This document shows positions 25,422-40,084 of a DNA stretch of 64,000 nucleotides, piece after piece. The notes beneath the pieces are model-generated. The model saw nothing but the letters and a program-made list of their open reading frames with translations. It ran no database searches and was not told the origin of the DNA. The position numbers and the translations under genes are program-made. This DNA comes from Eledone cirrhosa (lineage: Eukaryota): assembly GCA_964016885.1 (NCBI GenBank), contig OZ024744.1:88784001-88848000 (forward strand), given 5' to 3'. Position 1 is the first letter of the stretch. Every line of letters starts with the position of its first letter.

Positions 25422-25842
25422 TCTAATAACTCTCATAATAAAACCATTCTTTAACCGCTTCAAAATTCCTTTACTTTCCGTTTTCTTTTCAGTGCTTTTT
25501 CTTGATGAAGGACAAAGTCGTTTCTAATTTCATCCTTATAACAGAAAACTAAGACCAGTATATAATATACGCTTTCTAGCTTTTAATTTATTTGTCATGT
25601 TTTCTATCATTCTCGAGAACTTTTCACTCTACTACCCCACCCACATTGTCGCAGGCTACTTCTAAACATTCAAATTATGTTCAGTTCGGATTTAACTGGA
25701 TTTAGTATTTACTATTATGTCATATGGTCGAACGCATTTGAAAATACATTGTTTTCAATTGTTATGAAGACGAAACAATGATGAGATGAAAATAGAAACG
25801 GAGAAGAATTTGGGGGTTATCTTCCCTGTTATGCTCACCTGC

Positions 25843-26475
25843 GAAGGCGCATGGCTTAGTGGTTAGAGCATGGGGCTTGTAATTGAGAGGTTGTGAGTTC
25901 GATTCTCGGACAGGGTGATGCGTTATGTCCTTGAACAAGACATTTTATTTCACGTTGCATCAGTTGACTCAACTGTAGAAATGAGTTGCGACGTCACTGG
26001 GGCCAAGCTATATTGGTCATCGCCTTTCCCTTGGACATAGGGGCCTCGTTTGCCTTTAAAATGTGAGGGGGACAAACCAACACGTGTTGATTCTTAAAGG
26101 GGCATAATTTACTTATGGTGCCTTTCCCGGACCCTATCACATAAGTAAAATTTTACGCTAATTAAATTTTATATATTCAAATGCAGTTCAGATATAAAAA
26201 AAAATAAGCTTTAAAAGAATTTATTATATCAAATAAACAAAAAATAAAATATAGACGTTTGAAAAAGTGTGTGTGTCGGGGGGGGGGTCCCCTGGTAACC
26301 CCTGAAACAAGGCCCTTGCTTGGACAACATATTGGTGGCGTGGAGAGGGCAGACTGGTATGCATGGGCGACTGCTGTTCTTCCACAAACAAACCTTGCTC
26401 GGACTTGAGCCTCGAAGGTAAAATTTCTAGGCGCAAAACGATGATCATTCGTGATCGATTGGGGGGAGCCTTCAA
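25843..26475 (+). mobile_element. SINE family 1 interrupted by a hAT MITE
   Basis: A box TGGCTTAGTGG, B box GTTCGATTCT and CORE-like segment. The body resumes after 26318. Confidence 0.85.
26038..26318. mobile_element. hAT-type MITE
   Basis: 8-bp TSD CTTGGACA (26030-26037, 26319-26326). TIRs TAGGGGCCTCGTTT / AAACAAGGCCCTTG. Confidence 0.85.
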
Positions 26476-28978
26476 ATTATGTCAATTGAAAGATGTGATC
26501 GTTCCTGACTCTTAGCCCCTACACAAAGTCGAACGCATTTGAAAATAAATTATTTTAAAATGTTATGAAAACGAAACGACGATGAGATGAAAATAAAAAC
26601 GGAGAATATAATTTTTGGGGGATATCTTCCCTTTTATGCTCACCAAAAACAACTTTATCCCTCAAATTTAATTTCTGAATACGAAAGTTTCCCCACCACA
26701 CCACCACCACCACCACCACTACCACCACCACTACCACCACTACCACCACCACACATACACACTCACACACTGGATACATTACCTCTGCTCTGACACAAGA
26801 AGAGGCAGCAACACCAAAAAACAAGGTTTCCAAACAACAGTGACGATTGCAATAACAACTATGGTCGCAACTTCCCTACTGTCTCCACCACAAGTTAACC
26901 ATCTTGGCTATACGAAAGTATAGAATTCGGAAAAACAAAATAAAAAAAAAATAAAAAACAGAATAAACGCATTCGCATTCAAAAGCAGCAACTTGCAATA
27001 GCATTATTATAACATCTCCTATGGGTACCGCATCTTCTAACAGCAACTTTGTAGCAATTGAATAAAAAAAAAATATTAAAAAACAGTTACATGAGCGCTG
27101 CGAATACTGGTTAATTTACAAGAGTTGTAAAAAATATTTGAACAAGTATCTCTGGAAATAAAAGGGACAAAATTCTGAGAGGGTAAATGTTTGATCAAGA
27201 GATGAAAGACAAAGGGCACATCAACCATGTACTTAACCTAGAGATATTGTAGAAAGCAGGTAAATAGTGACGTTCCATTTTGGTGGAAAGGGCCACTAAT
27301 GTCCAGGTGTATTGCTCCACATGTCTCTCAGGGATGTGCAAATAGCTTCTTTTGTTTTTGTTTTTTTGTTTTGGGCTTTATAATATAGAAACTACGTAAT
27401 ATGACATCTGCAGCTTGATAACGTCTGTCTACCTCCTTTGGTTATTTTTTAGGTCCGGTTATGTATGCCATGTTTGGGAAGTCCACGTTTGATATGTCGA
27501 ATTTGGAGGGTGAGTACGGTTTGTTTTTTTCAGGAGTCATAAGTACAGGTTTAGGGTGCTTGTTGAGTATCTATGGACTGATTGGAGCAATAACGGTCTT
27601 ATTTACGCGTGTACACAGCATTACAAATTCCAAGTATGGCGCAGCAAATTTTGAAATTATTGAATATTCCATCAGAATTTTTAAAAATTTGAAGCAGTGT
27701 GGTGAAAATTCCAGGAGAAAACGGAAATGTTCTTGGATGTGAAGAGATGCTGCGAGAAAATAAAAATTGTCCAAAATTAACGATAAAGTCTTGATCTAGG
27801 TAAAGCGGAAAACGTGGACAATATCCCTCACCAGATGTACCTTCCAAGCAGCGCCCAACTACTCGTTATAGTAGGGTCAGAGGGCCTTGATGACAAATAT
27901 TTTATTGGACAAACCACCTGAAGGCCTCAACAAAAGTAAAGACAACATGGATCCAACATACTGTTGACATCGCAAGAATAAAAGCAACAGTAATAGTACA
28001 ACAGCATCAGCTGGAAGAACATGACCAGTAGACACAGCAAAAATGGCTGCAGCAATTGGCACTCCCACTAATATGAAGACACTCCAGAGTTGTGTTTATG
28101 GGCTCTAGAAATAAACACCAACACGAACAACATACAGGCTCAAATCAGATTTTCCCTCATCCTTCCTCAAATTCTCATGAAATAACGAAGTGAGGGTCTC
28201 GATTGTATCAAGCTGAATTTGTCAAATGAAAGAGGAAGAAAACAGGCAATGGTCGTCATTCTACAACAAGAAACACAAATGAGCCCGCAGACTATCCAAC
28301 AAACGGTTCATCATCAACATTAAAACAAAGTCCAGTTCGTGAACCCAAGAACAATATGAGTAGCAACCAAAACATAGATATCAGGAGAAAACACAGCCCT
28401 GTTAACATTAGCAAAATCATAATAAAACAAAGAAAAACAATAAGAACTGCAACTGCAACGGCAATACGCAGTTTGTCTCAATTTTATCGTTCTCCGAAAT
28501 ATTAGCACTGGTTTGATGGAGTATGTAACCGGAAGCGACAAAGAAAAGATAAGAACATCGACAAACACCAGAAGTCTGCAACAACATGTTGTTGAAATTG
28601 AATAATTCAAAGTGAAAGCAGTCTATATAATGTTACAGGTGACCTTTGGGCAATCACGAAAACTGGATTCCTCGATTGTTCTAAATCTAGGTCGATTGAT
28701 GTCTATAATGTATTCTCTGCTCAACACCCCAGTGCTGAAAGTCGATAGCTTATATACGCGTGATCTGTAGACTGCTTTGGAAGTAAACTCATTTGCTTCA
28801 CAACCTCAGGTCATTCATTAGAAGTAATTGTGTTAGCAATCTGCGCGATGGGATTTCTGAGACGCAAACATTCGTGCTCCTTCCCCGGGATTTTGGAGTA
28901 TGCGGCACCTTCTGCTCGGGTAGGATCGGGAACAGTGACAGTGTTATTTTCGAAACTGCTGAATCTCAAGGTATAGAC

Positions 28979-29695
<717 letters not shown>

Positions 29696-29874
29696 GTATA
29701 GACGGTCTTACTGGACACAGATAATAAGTCATCGGGCCTGACCGTCAAAATCAGTGAAGGTTGGGCCTTAAGACTAGTGACCTTACATCTGACTAGAACG
29801 GCCTAACTTCTCGATTATCGCTCGCATCGATCGTCAAGATCACAGACCTCATGCTGATTGGGGTGGACCTCGCC

Positions 29875-30057
29875 AAATCGAACCAAAGTAACCATGTTTC
29901 CATTGGTCTTTCCTTTGCTGATACTATCTACCGGTCGCAACTCCTTGCAGATAAGCAGCCTGCTCAAAGACACAACGCATCACCCGGTCCTAGAATTGAA
30001 CTCACAACCTCACGATTGCTAATCCAACTCTCGAACCACTAAGCCACATGCTTTCAC
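29875..30057 (-). mobile_element. SINE family 1
   Basis: Reverse complement has TGGCTTAGTGGTTCGAG and GAGTTCAATTCT boxes plus GTGTCTTTGAGCA. Confidence 0.8.
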
Positions 30058-30356
30058 AAGTCGATTATACTTGATTTATTATATACTTTGTTCTATCGAT
30101 TCTGTAAATATGAAAAGCAAAGTTCATATCGTCAAGATTTTTATATAAACAGCTGCAACTAAATGCGGCGAACTATTTTAGCCGATAGTTTAAAGACTCT
30201 GCCAATCCACCGCGCTAGAGGTACAAGAATAATAAATGCATCTCATCAAAAGATCGAATAAGAAGAAAGAATGAAGAAAAAAGAAAAAGAAATGGAAGAA
30301 CAGAAAGAGAGTTAATTCAATACAGATAGAATAATACTGATAAATGTAGATAGATA

Positions 30357-33169
30357 AATTTCTTTATTAGCCACAAGGGCACAAAAGAAGGGGACAAATA
30401 CAAATGGGGAGTTTACATACAGGTATATGAAAATAAAACTATTAGTAAAATAACAAATAACAATTGAAATCCCCAATAGAGGGGAGGCGTTAGATAGGGG
30501 TTGTACACACCCCGAAAAAATGTACAACCCTCATCTCCGTGAGCACCAAGAGTGAGTACTCCCTTCCTCTCTTCCTCTTTTTCCTCAACCTACAGGCTTA
30601 TATAGAGAGAAGGCCCAACCACTCGGGCCATCTTTTCCACATTCACCCACCTTTTATGAAATTTGCTGGGGTACAGCACCTCTCTCTCCATCCTGATTCT
30701 TCTTCCAAAATGATATTTGAAAAAACGAATCAGTTGCTCGCCGGAGAGAAAGGTGTCTGACCTCAGCCCTTTTAACCTCGTTCACCATATAACCTCTTTC
30801 ACCATAACCATACCACATAGGAAGACCACCCCTCCCTCGTTTTTGAAGGAGGGTGGCGGTTTGATCATGACAATGGACTCAGTGGTCAACTGGATTAGTC
30901 CCACCCGCGACAATAGTCGTTCTACATAGCCCCACAGGTCGGTAACGCCCCGGCAGTGTACAAATGCGTGCGCGACGGTTTCCTCGTCGCGCACGCATCT
31001 CGGACAGATCTTTTTCGAAAGGTCCCTACCCGGGCGCGCGTGTCTGTAGAGCTTGTCTCGGACTCGTAGAGCTCCTCGGTAGCACTGCCAGGCCAGGGAC
31101 TTTTGGAAGTTGTCCATTGGTCCCGGGCGGAAGGTCCTACAGAACAGACTGGCCAGCTCGTCCTCCTCTATGTCCAGAGTTTCTCCGAGCGCGTCGTCGC
31201 ACTTGCTGCGGACAAACCCTCTATAGAATGTCGAAGTGGAATCTCCACTGATCGCCAGGTCCGTTTGCCAGAGGACTGTGAGCGCCTGAGCACATTCGAT
31301 GTGCCAGTCGCTCATTTTCCTCGGTCTTTGCTTGACTCAGGACTGCAGCTCAGCCAGCGAGACGAGTCGTGGGAAGGCGCGCCTCACGAACGGGCCCCAC
31401 ACCGGTCGTCCGGTGAGAAATACGTGGAGGTGCCGCAGCCTGAGCCCGTGTTTGCGCATCGTCAACCACGGCACCCCAGCCCTCTGTTTGAAGGGTGTTG
31501 GCAGCAGATGGATCTTCTCACCAAAGGAGCCCGGTTCTTCCAAAGGAATTGGAAGAGCGCGCGCTCCATTTTGGTGAGTGTTTTGGCTGGACAAGGCACG
31601 ACAGTCAAGCGGTAGTAGATGATGGACACTATAAAAGTGTTCGCCACCTCCGCTCGTCCTTTCAAGGATAGTTTGCACTCGGCCCAATTCTGGGTGAGCG
31701 CAAACATATTGGCAGTCACCTCGTTCCTGTTCTTCTCCACCTGGAGGTCCGGACAAAACCAGACTCCGAGCAGCTTAACCGGTCCTTCCGCCCAGCGTCC
31801 GACGACGCCATCGGAAGGCATCGGTTTGCCTCTCCACGTTCCGAGTTGCAAACCGACGGATTTGTCTCGGTTCAGCTTCGCTCCTGTGAAGCTTTCGTAT
31901 TCCTTCAGTAAATTGCCGACCTCCCCGATTGGCGAGATACTCGACACTACTACCGTCACGTCGTCGGCGTAGGCCGACGCCGCTTTTCGCAGTCCCGGTT
32001 CCAAAGGGATGCCCTTCAATAGCTCCAACTTCTGCAGTAGTGGCTCGAGAGTCAGTACGTACAGCAGGAAGGAGAGAGGGCATTCCTGTCGGATGGATCG
32101 CGTGATATGGAACGGCTTTGAGAGGTAGCCGTTCACCTTGACCCTTGAGAAGATGTTGCTGCTGTGCATTGCAGCAATCCAGCCCCTGAACACGGGTCCG
32201 AAGCCTGCCGCCTCGAGCACCGCATTCAGGTAACGATGATCAACCCTATCGAAAGCCTTAGACTGATCCAAGTTGTTCAGGGCCCCACCGAGGCCGGGTT
32301 TAGACCCTATCCTCTCTATGATGTATCGCATGAGGTGGAGGTTGTCGTGTATGGACCTGGTTGGGATTGCGCATGTCTGCGCTTCTCCCACCAGGTTTTC
32401 GACGACAAGCGCCAGCTCTTTGCAAACACCTTGGCCAAAATCTGTAACTCTGTGTTGAGCAGAGTTATGGGCCGGAAGTTGCCTATGTCATCCCCTTATT
32501 CTTGTTCTTCCTGGCTAACGTGACTACGGCCTTGGTCCCAGAACTGGGAATCCTCCAGTTCTGCTGCCAGAGAGATTTTCATTTGCCGCATTGGATCAGC
32601 GCGTCCCCTATCTCAGCGGCCGAAATCGGCCTTTCGCAGAACTTCGCCTCGCTGTCCGAGAATCGCAGTAGGCCGTCAAGGTATGGACCTAAATCCATAG
32701 ACCATCCCGGCGCGCCGCCCTGCCCGAACAGTTGAGAAAAGTACCGCTGAATGGCCGCGCACATCTGCTTTGGATCACGTATCACGCGTCCGGCTTGGTC
32801 CTTCAAAACCGAATCGTTGACTTGTTGCCACTTTTCGCCTCCGTCAGTCGGGCCCAGCTAACAGCTTTGGCTCCCTCGTTTCCCAGAGCACGTATTTTGA
32901 TTCTGACAACTCAGCCTTCATGCTTTGCGTCGAAGACCTGGTCCAAGGCCGTTCTCGTCGCTAGCACGCTGGCTACGTTGCCACTCCTAAGTGCCTTTTC
33001 TACTTTATCTATCAGTTCCTTCTCGGTCTTATTTCTATCTAACACTAATTCTTTACTAAAACCTATCGAGTCTAATCTAACTGCCCTCTTGAGAGAGTAC
33101 CACCATTTGTTGTTGACAATGGCCTCCGTGAAGTGCTGCTTAACTAAAGTGCTAATCCGTCTACTGTAG
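30357..33169 (-). mobile_element. Tx1-clade LINE copy C, 5'-truncated, GATA-flanked (same family as H)
   Basis: RT ORF 31462-32391 (LDQSKAFDRVDH, QECPLS, AYADD) and CPRCVRDEETVAHAFVHC. The 5' break joins directly to (GATA)n. Confidence 0.95.
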
Positions 33170-33179
33170 ATAGATAAGT

Positions 33180-33251
<72 letters not shown>
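33170..33251. repeat. (GATA)n between copies C and D
   Basis: Directly visible. Confidence 0.98.
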
Positions 33252-33253
<2 letters not shown>

Positions 33254-34367
33254 TGTTTCTTTTATTTGCCACTAGGGCATCAAAAGTGGGACAAGTACAA
33301 AGGGGGGAGTTTACACAAAAAGGCGTCCTCAATAAGGAGGAGGCAATAACAAAATATAAAAATAAAATAAGATATAACAAAAAATAAAATTTATAACAAA
33401 ATCCTCAATAGAGAGGAGGCGCCTTGGGGGGTCGCACACACCCCCGAAAAAAAGTGTGCAACCCTTCTCCTCAGGAGCACAGAGAAGGGGTGCTCCCTTG
33501 GTCTTTCATCTTCCTCACCTATAGTCTGATGTAGAGTGAAGGCCCATTCACACGGGCCATTCTCGCCACTTTCACCCATCTTTCATAAAAACGGCTGGGG
33601 TGCAGCACCTCTCTCTCCATCCTGATCCTTCTTCCGAAATGATATCGGAAGAAACGGACCAGTTGTTGGCCAGAGAGAAAGGTGCCTGACCTCAGTCCTT
33701 TCAGACGCGTCCACCATACAACCTCTTTCGCCACGGCTATTACGCACAGAAACACCGCCTCTCCTTCATCTTTGAAGGGGGGAGGCGGCTTGATCATTAC
33801 AATAGACTCGGTGGTCAACCGGATCGGTCCCACCCTTGACAGCAGTTGTTCGACATAGCCCCACAGATCGGCTACGCCCGAGCAGTGTACCAATGCGTGT
33901 GCAACGGTTTCCTCGTCGCACACGCATCTGGGACAGATCTTTTTAGCGGGGTCCCTACCCGGGCACCCGTGTCTGTAGAGCCTTTCTCGAACGGGTAAAG
34001 CCCCTCGGTAGCACTGCCAGGCCAGGGACTTCTGGAAGTTGTCCATAGGTCCCGGGCTGAATGTCCTACCGAACAGGCTGGCCAGTTCGTCCTCCTCCAT
34101 GTCTAGGGCTTCTCCGAGAGCGTCGTCGCACCTGCTGCGTACCAGCCCTCTATAGAATGTTGCGGTGGAGTCTCCACTGATAACCGGATCCGCCTGCCAG
34201 AGGGCGGTGAGCGCCTGGGCACACTCAGTGTGCCAGGCGCCCAGTTTTCTCGGTCTTTGCTTGACCCAGGATTGCAGCTCGGTGAGTGAGACGAGTCTGG
34301 GAAAGGTTCGTCTCACAAACGAGGCCCACACCGGTTGTCCGGTGAGGAATATGTAGAGGTGCCGTAG
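33252..34367 (-). mobile_element. Tx1-clade LINE copy D, 5'-truncated, (GATA)n on both sides (same family as F)
   Basis: Open ORF2 C-terminus 33519-34331 with CCHC motif. 3' UTR closely matches 48220-48480. Confidence 0.95.
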
Positions 34368-34470
34368 ATAGATAGATAGATAGATAGATAGGAAGAGTCA
34401 GGATCCCGACGGCTGGGCACCGGCCAATTCGGCAGCTAGATCCGAATAGATAGATAGATAGATAGACGGA

Positions 34471-34544
<74 letters not shown>

Positions 34545-34799
34545 ATAGATAAGCTACGTTGTATTATTATTCTATTCTTGTTTATCTTGTTGTTTTCATT
34601 GTTGTTGTTATTCTTGTTGTTTTTGTTGTTGTTGTTGTTGCTGCTGCTGCTTCTGCTGCTGTTGTTGTTGTTGTTTCCTAAAGCTGGAAGCGAGAATATT
34701 AAACTCTATTTATCGTGCGGGGGATGATTACCACTGCTCCGTTCCAGACCCACATGATAACTACGAAATACAACCGCTACCGTAACACCCCGCCTCTTT

Positions 34800-35316
34800 C
34801 CAACATCACCACCACCACCACCACCACTACAGTCACTCTCACCACCACCACCACCACACCCACCACCACCACCACCACCACCCCGTTTCCACTACTCTAA
34901 TGTTCAAAGCCGTATTCAACGATGCAAACGAAGAAGGAGGGGGAGGGGGGGAGTGCCGACAAACAAATGCCTCCTTTTCACCTCCTCATCCCTCCACCCT
35001 CCACACATAAACCCACCATCTCTCCCTGACTGCCGCCACTACCACCATCATCACCACCACCACCACCACCACCAACACCACCACCACCACCACCACCACC
35101 ACTACTTACACCACCTCCATCAACCATCACCACTATCAACAACAACAACAACAACAACAATAACAACAACACCAACCACCCGCTGCTTCTGCCATCATGC
35201 CAGAAACTGCTTTTAACCACATCAACTATATATACCATAATACTGTGTGACCATCATCGTCTACCAATACCATCATCATCACCACCATCATCATCATCAT
35301 CATCATCACCACCATC

Positions 35317-35348
<32 letters not shown>

Positions 35349-35444
35349 CGTCATCATCATCGTCATCATCATCATCATCATCACCATTATCATCATCATC
35401 ATCACCATCACCATCATCATCATCATCATCATCATCACCATCAC

Positions 35445-35479
<35 letters not shown>

Positions 35480-37462
35480 CCATCGTCATCATTATCGCCG
35501 TCGTCGTCATCATCGTCATCGTCATCAGCATTACGAACAACATCATCATCATCATCGTCACCATTATCGCCGCCACCACCACCACCACCACCGTCGTCGT
35601 CGTTGTCGCCACCACCATCACCATCATCATCATCATCATCATCATCATTATCAGTAATGGTATCGTTGTTGTCATCGCCGTCATCGAAATCATCATCATC
35701 GCCATCATCATGATCAGTCTCGTCATCATCATCATCAGCAGCAGCAGCAACAGCAGCAGCAACAGCAGCAGCAGCATCGTCATCAAACAGATATTAAATT
35801 CTTAACCACCACCTCTACTGCCACCACCAACACCATCACCTCTACTACCACCACCACCACTACCACCACCACCATAACCACCACCACCACCACTACCACC
35901 ACCACCATTACCACCACCATTACTACCACCACCACCATTACCACCACCACTACCACTACCACCAACACTACCACTACCACTAACGCTACCACCACCACTA
36001 CCACCGCCACTACCACCAACGCTACCACCACCGCCACTACTACCATCGTCACCATGACCACCACTTCTAATACATTCACCACTACCACTATCACTACCAC
36101 CACCACCACCACCACCACCACCACCACTACCATCTCCACTACCACCACTAACACAACCACTACTACTACCACCAACAATACCACCTCTACTACTACCACC
36201 ACCACCGTCTCCACTCCCACTATCAACACCACCTCTATCATCATCATAAATAACATCACTATCACTTATAGTCATTCTTTCCTTCGTTGACTCCATCACA
36301 ACCCCCTTACTACTACTACTATCTACACCACGACCACCACCACCAAATCACCACCGCCATCACCATCACCGCTGCAGCTACCATCGTCATCACCACTACC
36401 ACCAACCACCACTACCATCAGCACTGCCATCACCACCTCCAGCACCACCGTCGTCATCACCATCGCCATCACCAAAATCACCACAACTAGCACAACTACC
36501 ACCACCACCACCACCACCACCACCATCACCACCTCCACCAACACCACAACCACCATCACCGCCGCTAGCACCATCGCCATCACCGCAAACACCACCATTA
36601 CCACCACCACCACCACCACCAACACCACCAATACCACCACCACTACGACGACCACCACCACTACCACCACCTACCACCACCACCACTACCACTACCACTA
36701 CCACCACTACCACGAACACCACTACTACTACCACCACAACCACCACCATCACCACCACCAAGACAACCACCACCAATACCACCACCACCACTACCACCAC
36801 CACCGCCACCATTACTACCACCACCACCAACAACAACAACAACACCTCTACCACTACCACAACTTCCCCATACTACTTCCACCACCAATACCACCGCTAC
36901 CACCTCCCACCACCACGACTACCACCGCCAGCACCATTGCCATCACGGCAAACACCACCACCACCGCAACTACCACCACTACCACCATTACCACCACCAC
37001 CACCACCAACACCACCAACACCACCACTACCACCACCACTACGACCCCCACCACCACTACCACCACCCACAACACCTCCACCACTACCAACACCACCGCC
37101 ACCACTACCACCTCCCCTACCACCACAACCACCACCATCACCACCACCAAGACCACCACCACTAATACCACCACCACCACCGCCACCACCACTACCACTA
37201 CCACCACCAATACTACCACCACCAATACAACAACAACAACACCTCTTCCACTACCACAACTTCCCCATAACTACTACCACCACCACTACCACCGCTACCA
37301 CCACGATCACCACCAACACCACCATCACCACTACCACCGCCCACCACCATCACTACCACCATCACCATCACCAACACCACCATCACTACCACCACCACCA
37401 CCTCTACCACCACCACTACCACTTCTCCATACCATACCATACCCCCCACCACCACCACTAAC
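34800..37462. repeat. ~2.6-kb compound (ACC/CAT/ACT/AAC)n low-complexity tract
   Basis: Directly visible, with internal duplicated blocks such as ACCACAACTTCCCCATA at ~36856 and ~37253. Confidence 0.95.
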
Positions 37463-38377
37463 ACTATGAAATAACAATAACCTCCACTTTCTCCTATTTC
37501 ATCCGTCAAACTTACCTACACCCTGCCCCTCCATCTCTTCTGTTCTTTATCCCCCTCCCCTAGTCATCCATTACGATCTTATTATAACTATCTAAACTGC
37601 CATGTTTATTTTTCTTCTTTCTTCTCTTTCTTTCCTCGTTCCTTGACTTATTTCTTTCTTATTCTCTTTCTTTCCACGTTCCTTGACTTTTTCTTCCTTA
37701 CTCTCTTTCTTTCCTCGTTCCTTGTCTTCTTTCTCTCTTTCTTACTCTTTTTCTTTCCATGTTTCTTGCCTTCTTTCTTCCTTACTCTTATTCTTCCCTC
37801 GTTCCTTACCTTCTTTCTTTCTTTCTTTCTTACTTACTCTCTTTCTTTCCGTGTTCCTTCTCTCTTCCTTATTCTCTATTCCATACACAGCCCCCCCCCC
37901 CCCCCCTCCTCTCTCTCATAATAACACCCCCACCTCCGCCATCACTTCATCAAATATTTCTTTATATATTTTCACATAATCGTTTTCTCGTTTTCACATA
38001 TTTTAGTGTAGCTGTAAATTCACATAATCATTTGCCGCACATCGCTGTCATTGCGTGTCACAACAATAGCTCTACAGTGGTGCTTATGGTGTTATTAATT
38101 GCTGGCCTTGTGCCAAAAATAGAAACAATTATTATATTACACTCTATCTAGCTCTACACCTCGATACTGATGTGAACCTAAACATGGAGTGCTTATCTGG
38201 GTGAACCTACAGTATCTCAGCGTAACACTCCCTGGATATATATATATATATATATATATATACCCAGGCCCCCACTCTCAACCGTGAACCTAATACCAAC
38301 ACTGTTCGTAACTGCACTCCTTGTTATTGTTTGTGTTTTTTACTTGTATATATATATATATATATTATTATATTTGA

Positions 38378-38580
38378 ACGATCGACTTTCGTCAAATCGG
38401 ACCGAGGAAGCAATGTTTCCGTTGGTCTTTCTAATTGCTAATACTATATATCGGTCGCAACTCCAGGTAGAAGGAGCAACGTGAAATAAAGTGTCTTGCT
38501 CAAGGACATAACGCATCGCCCGGTCCAGGAATTGAACTCATAACCTCACGATTGCGATCCAATTCTCTAACCACACGCCT
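38378..38580 (-). mobile_element. SINE family 1, same subfamily as 1087-1300
   Basis: Collinear reverse complement of 1087-1300. Confidence 0.88.
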
Positions 38581-38611
38581 ATATATATATACAAGTAAAA
38601 AACTCTCTCTC

Positions 38612-38654
<43 letters not shown>

Positions 38655-38667
38655 AGAGAGAGGGGGA

Positions 38668-38708
<41 letters not shown>

Positions 38709-39207
38709 AGTCTTTGATTTTTTTTTAAATCGAATGAAAGCGGAGAAGGAAAAATAAGATAAACTTTTGAAGTAAAAATATAGGTTTGTAGTTAATAGTC
38801 TTGATATAAATATAATACGTCATAAAGAGTTTCTATATATTGCTTGGATGGACATAATATTTTAAGTGTATAGAAATACACACTGTGTGGGTTATTCATT
38901 ATATAGTCACCTCCTATTTATGTTGACTCGATAGACAAAGTCTGGTATTTGACCAGTTTGAAACCGTCTGTAAAATGTTGACGTGATTAAAACAGTTTGT
39001 AAAATGAGATGTGCTGTCTATTAGACGTTGAATATAGAAGGCAGACCATTTGTAAATGTTAACAAAATAAATAAGAGTCTGGGGATATTGATTAAACAGA
39101 AGTAGTTCGTAGAATGTCGAATAGATTAGATAGACACAGTCTAATATAGTTTAATAGATTTCATAGATTGACTGAACTTTGTAGATGACATTATGCAAAT
39201 GGTTCCA

Positions 39208-39280
<73 letters not shown>

Positions 39281-39601
39281 TATGTTTATGTCCTTTTTTT
39301 TCTTCTAACTTTGATTTTGTACCTAATTGTGTATGGTTGGCTATATGTCTAATAAATTTCTACAGGCTATTAGAAATACTAGGTAAATCTTCGGTGGCTG
39401 TTGATCGGAGTATAAAGTAGCTATCATTTATTTATCTATTGTTTCTTCATAGGTAGATTTTAAACTTATAGCCTCATTTAATTGATTTTTTTGTGTGGTT
39501 AATTATGCTAATTGGGAGGAAAAATACTGTATATAATTTATCAAATGATTCTATGGACTTACTATATATCTATGGCTCTGTCTAGTTTATGTATATGTAA
39601 A

Positions 39602-39670
<69 letters not shown>

Positions 39671-39676
39671 AGATGT

Positions 39677-39731
39677 ACTGCTATATATATTTCGGTGACA
39701 GTCATCATTGGCTGTGACCTCATCTGGCAGT
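39677..39731 (-). ncRNA. Hammerhead ribozyme copy with a mutated core (CAGATGA)
   Basis: actgc-CAGATGA-ggtcacagcca..tgactgtcacc-GAAA-TATATA-TA-gcagt. Confidence 0.6.
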
Positions 39732-40084
39732 TCGAATTGGTGTGGTAGAGACAGGTACACATGTTGTTGAAGTGTTTTACTCCGGCAATACTCCGATATG
39801 TCCAGCTCCTGGTTGGGTTGTTATTTCTCTGAGGAACTGGAATCATATGAATTCGAACAAACGAATTTTGGCATCATAGGACACTCTCACCTCCCATTGG
39901 TCAGTTGTGAGAACATTCCTCAGTCAAAAGTCTATATAAATTTTTTTCTGAAGCAAGACAATCTGTTGTGGTTGTTTTTGTTAAGTACAGCAGACCTTCT
40001 CCCTTGTGTTTATTGGTGTTAGGGGGTCAGCTGGCAGGTCAGCTTTACTCCTACTGCTGATGTCTTTAGAAAAATGAGTGTGTG

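Noticed and set aside
27100-28960. Higher-complexity stretch that might be a decayed element or gene (e.g. FWWKGP at ~27280, reminiscent of BEL/Pao)
   Set aside because: There is only one short motif and no sustained ORF. A BLASTX or Dfam search would be needed.
35226-37509. His-, Gly-, Pro- or Val-rich ORFs resembling structural proteins
   Set aside because: They are open in most frames because of repeat composition, and there is no unique coding sequence.
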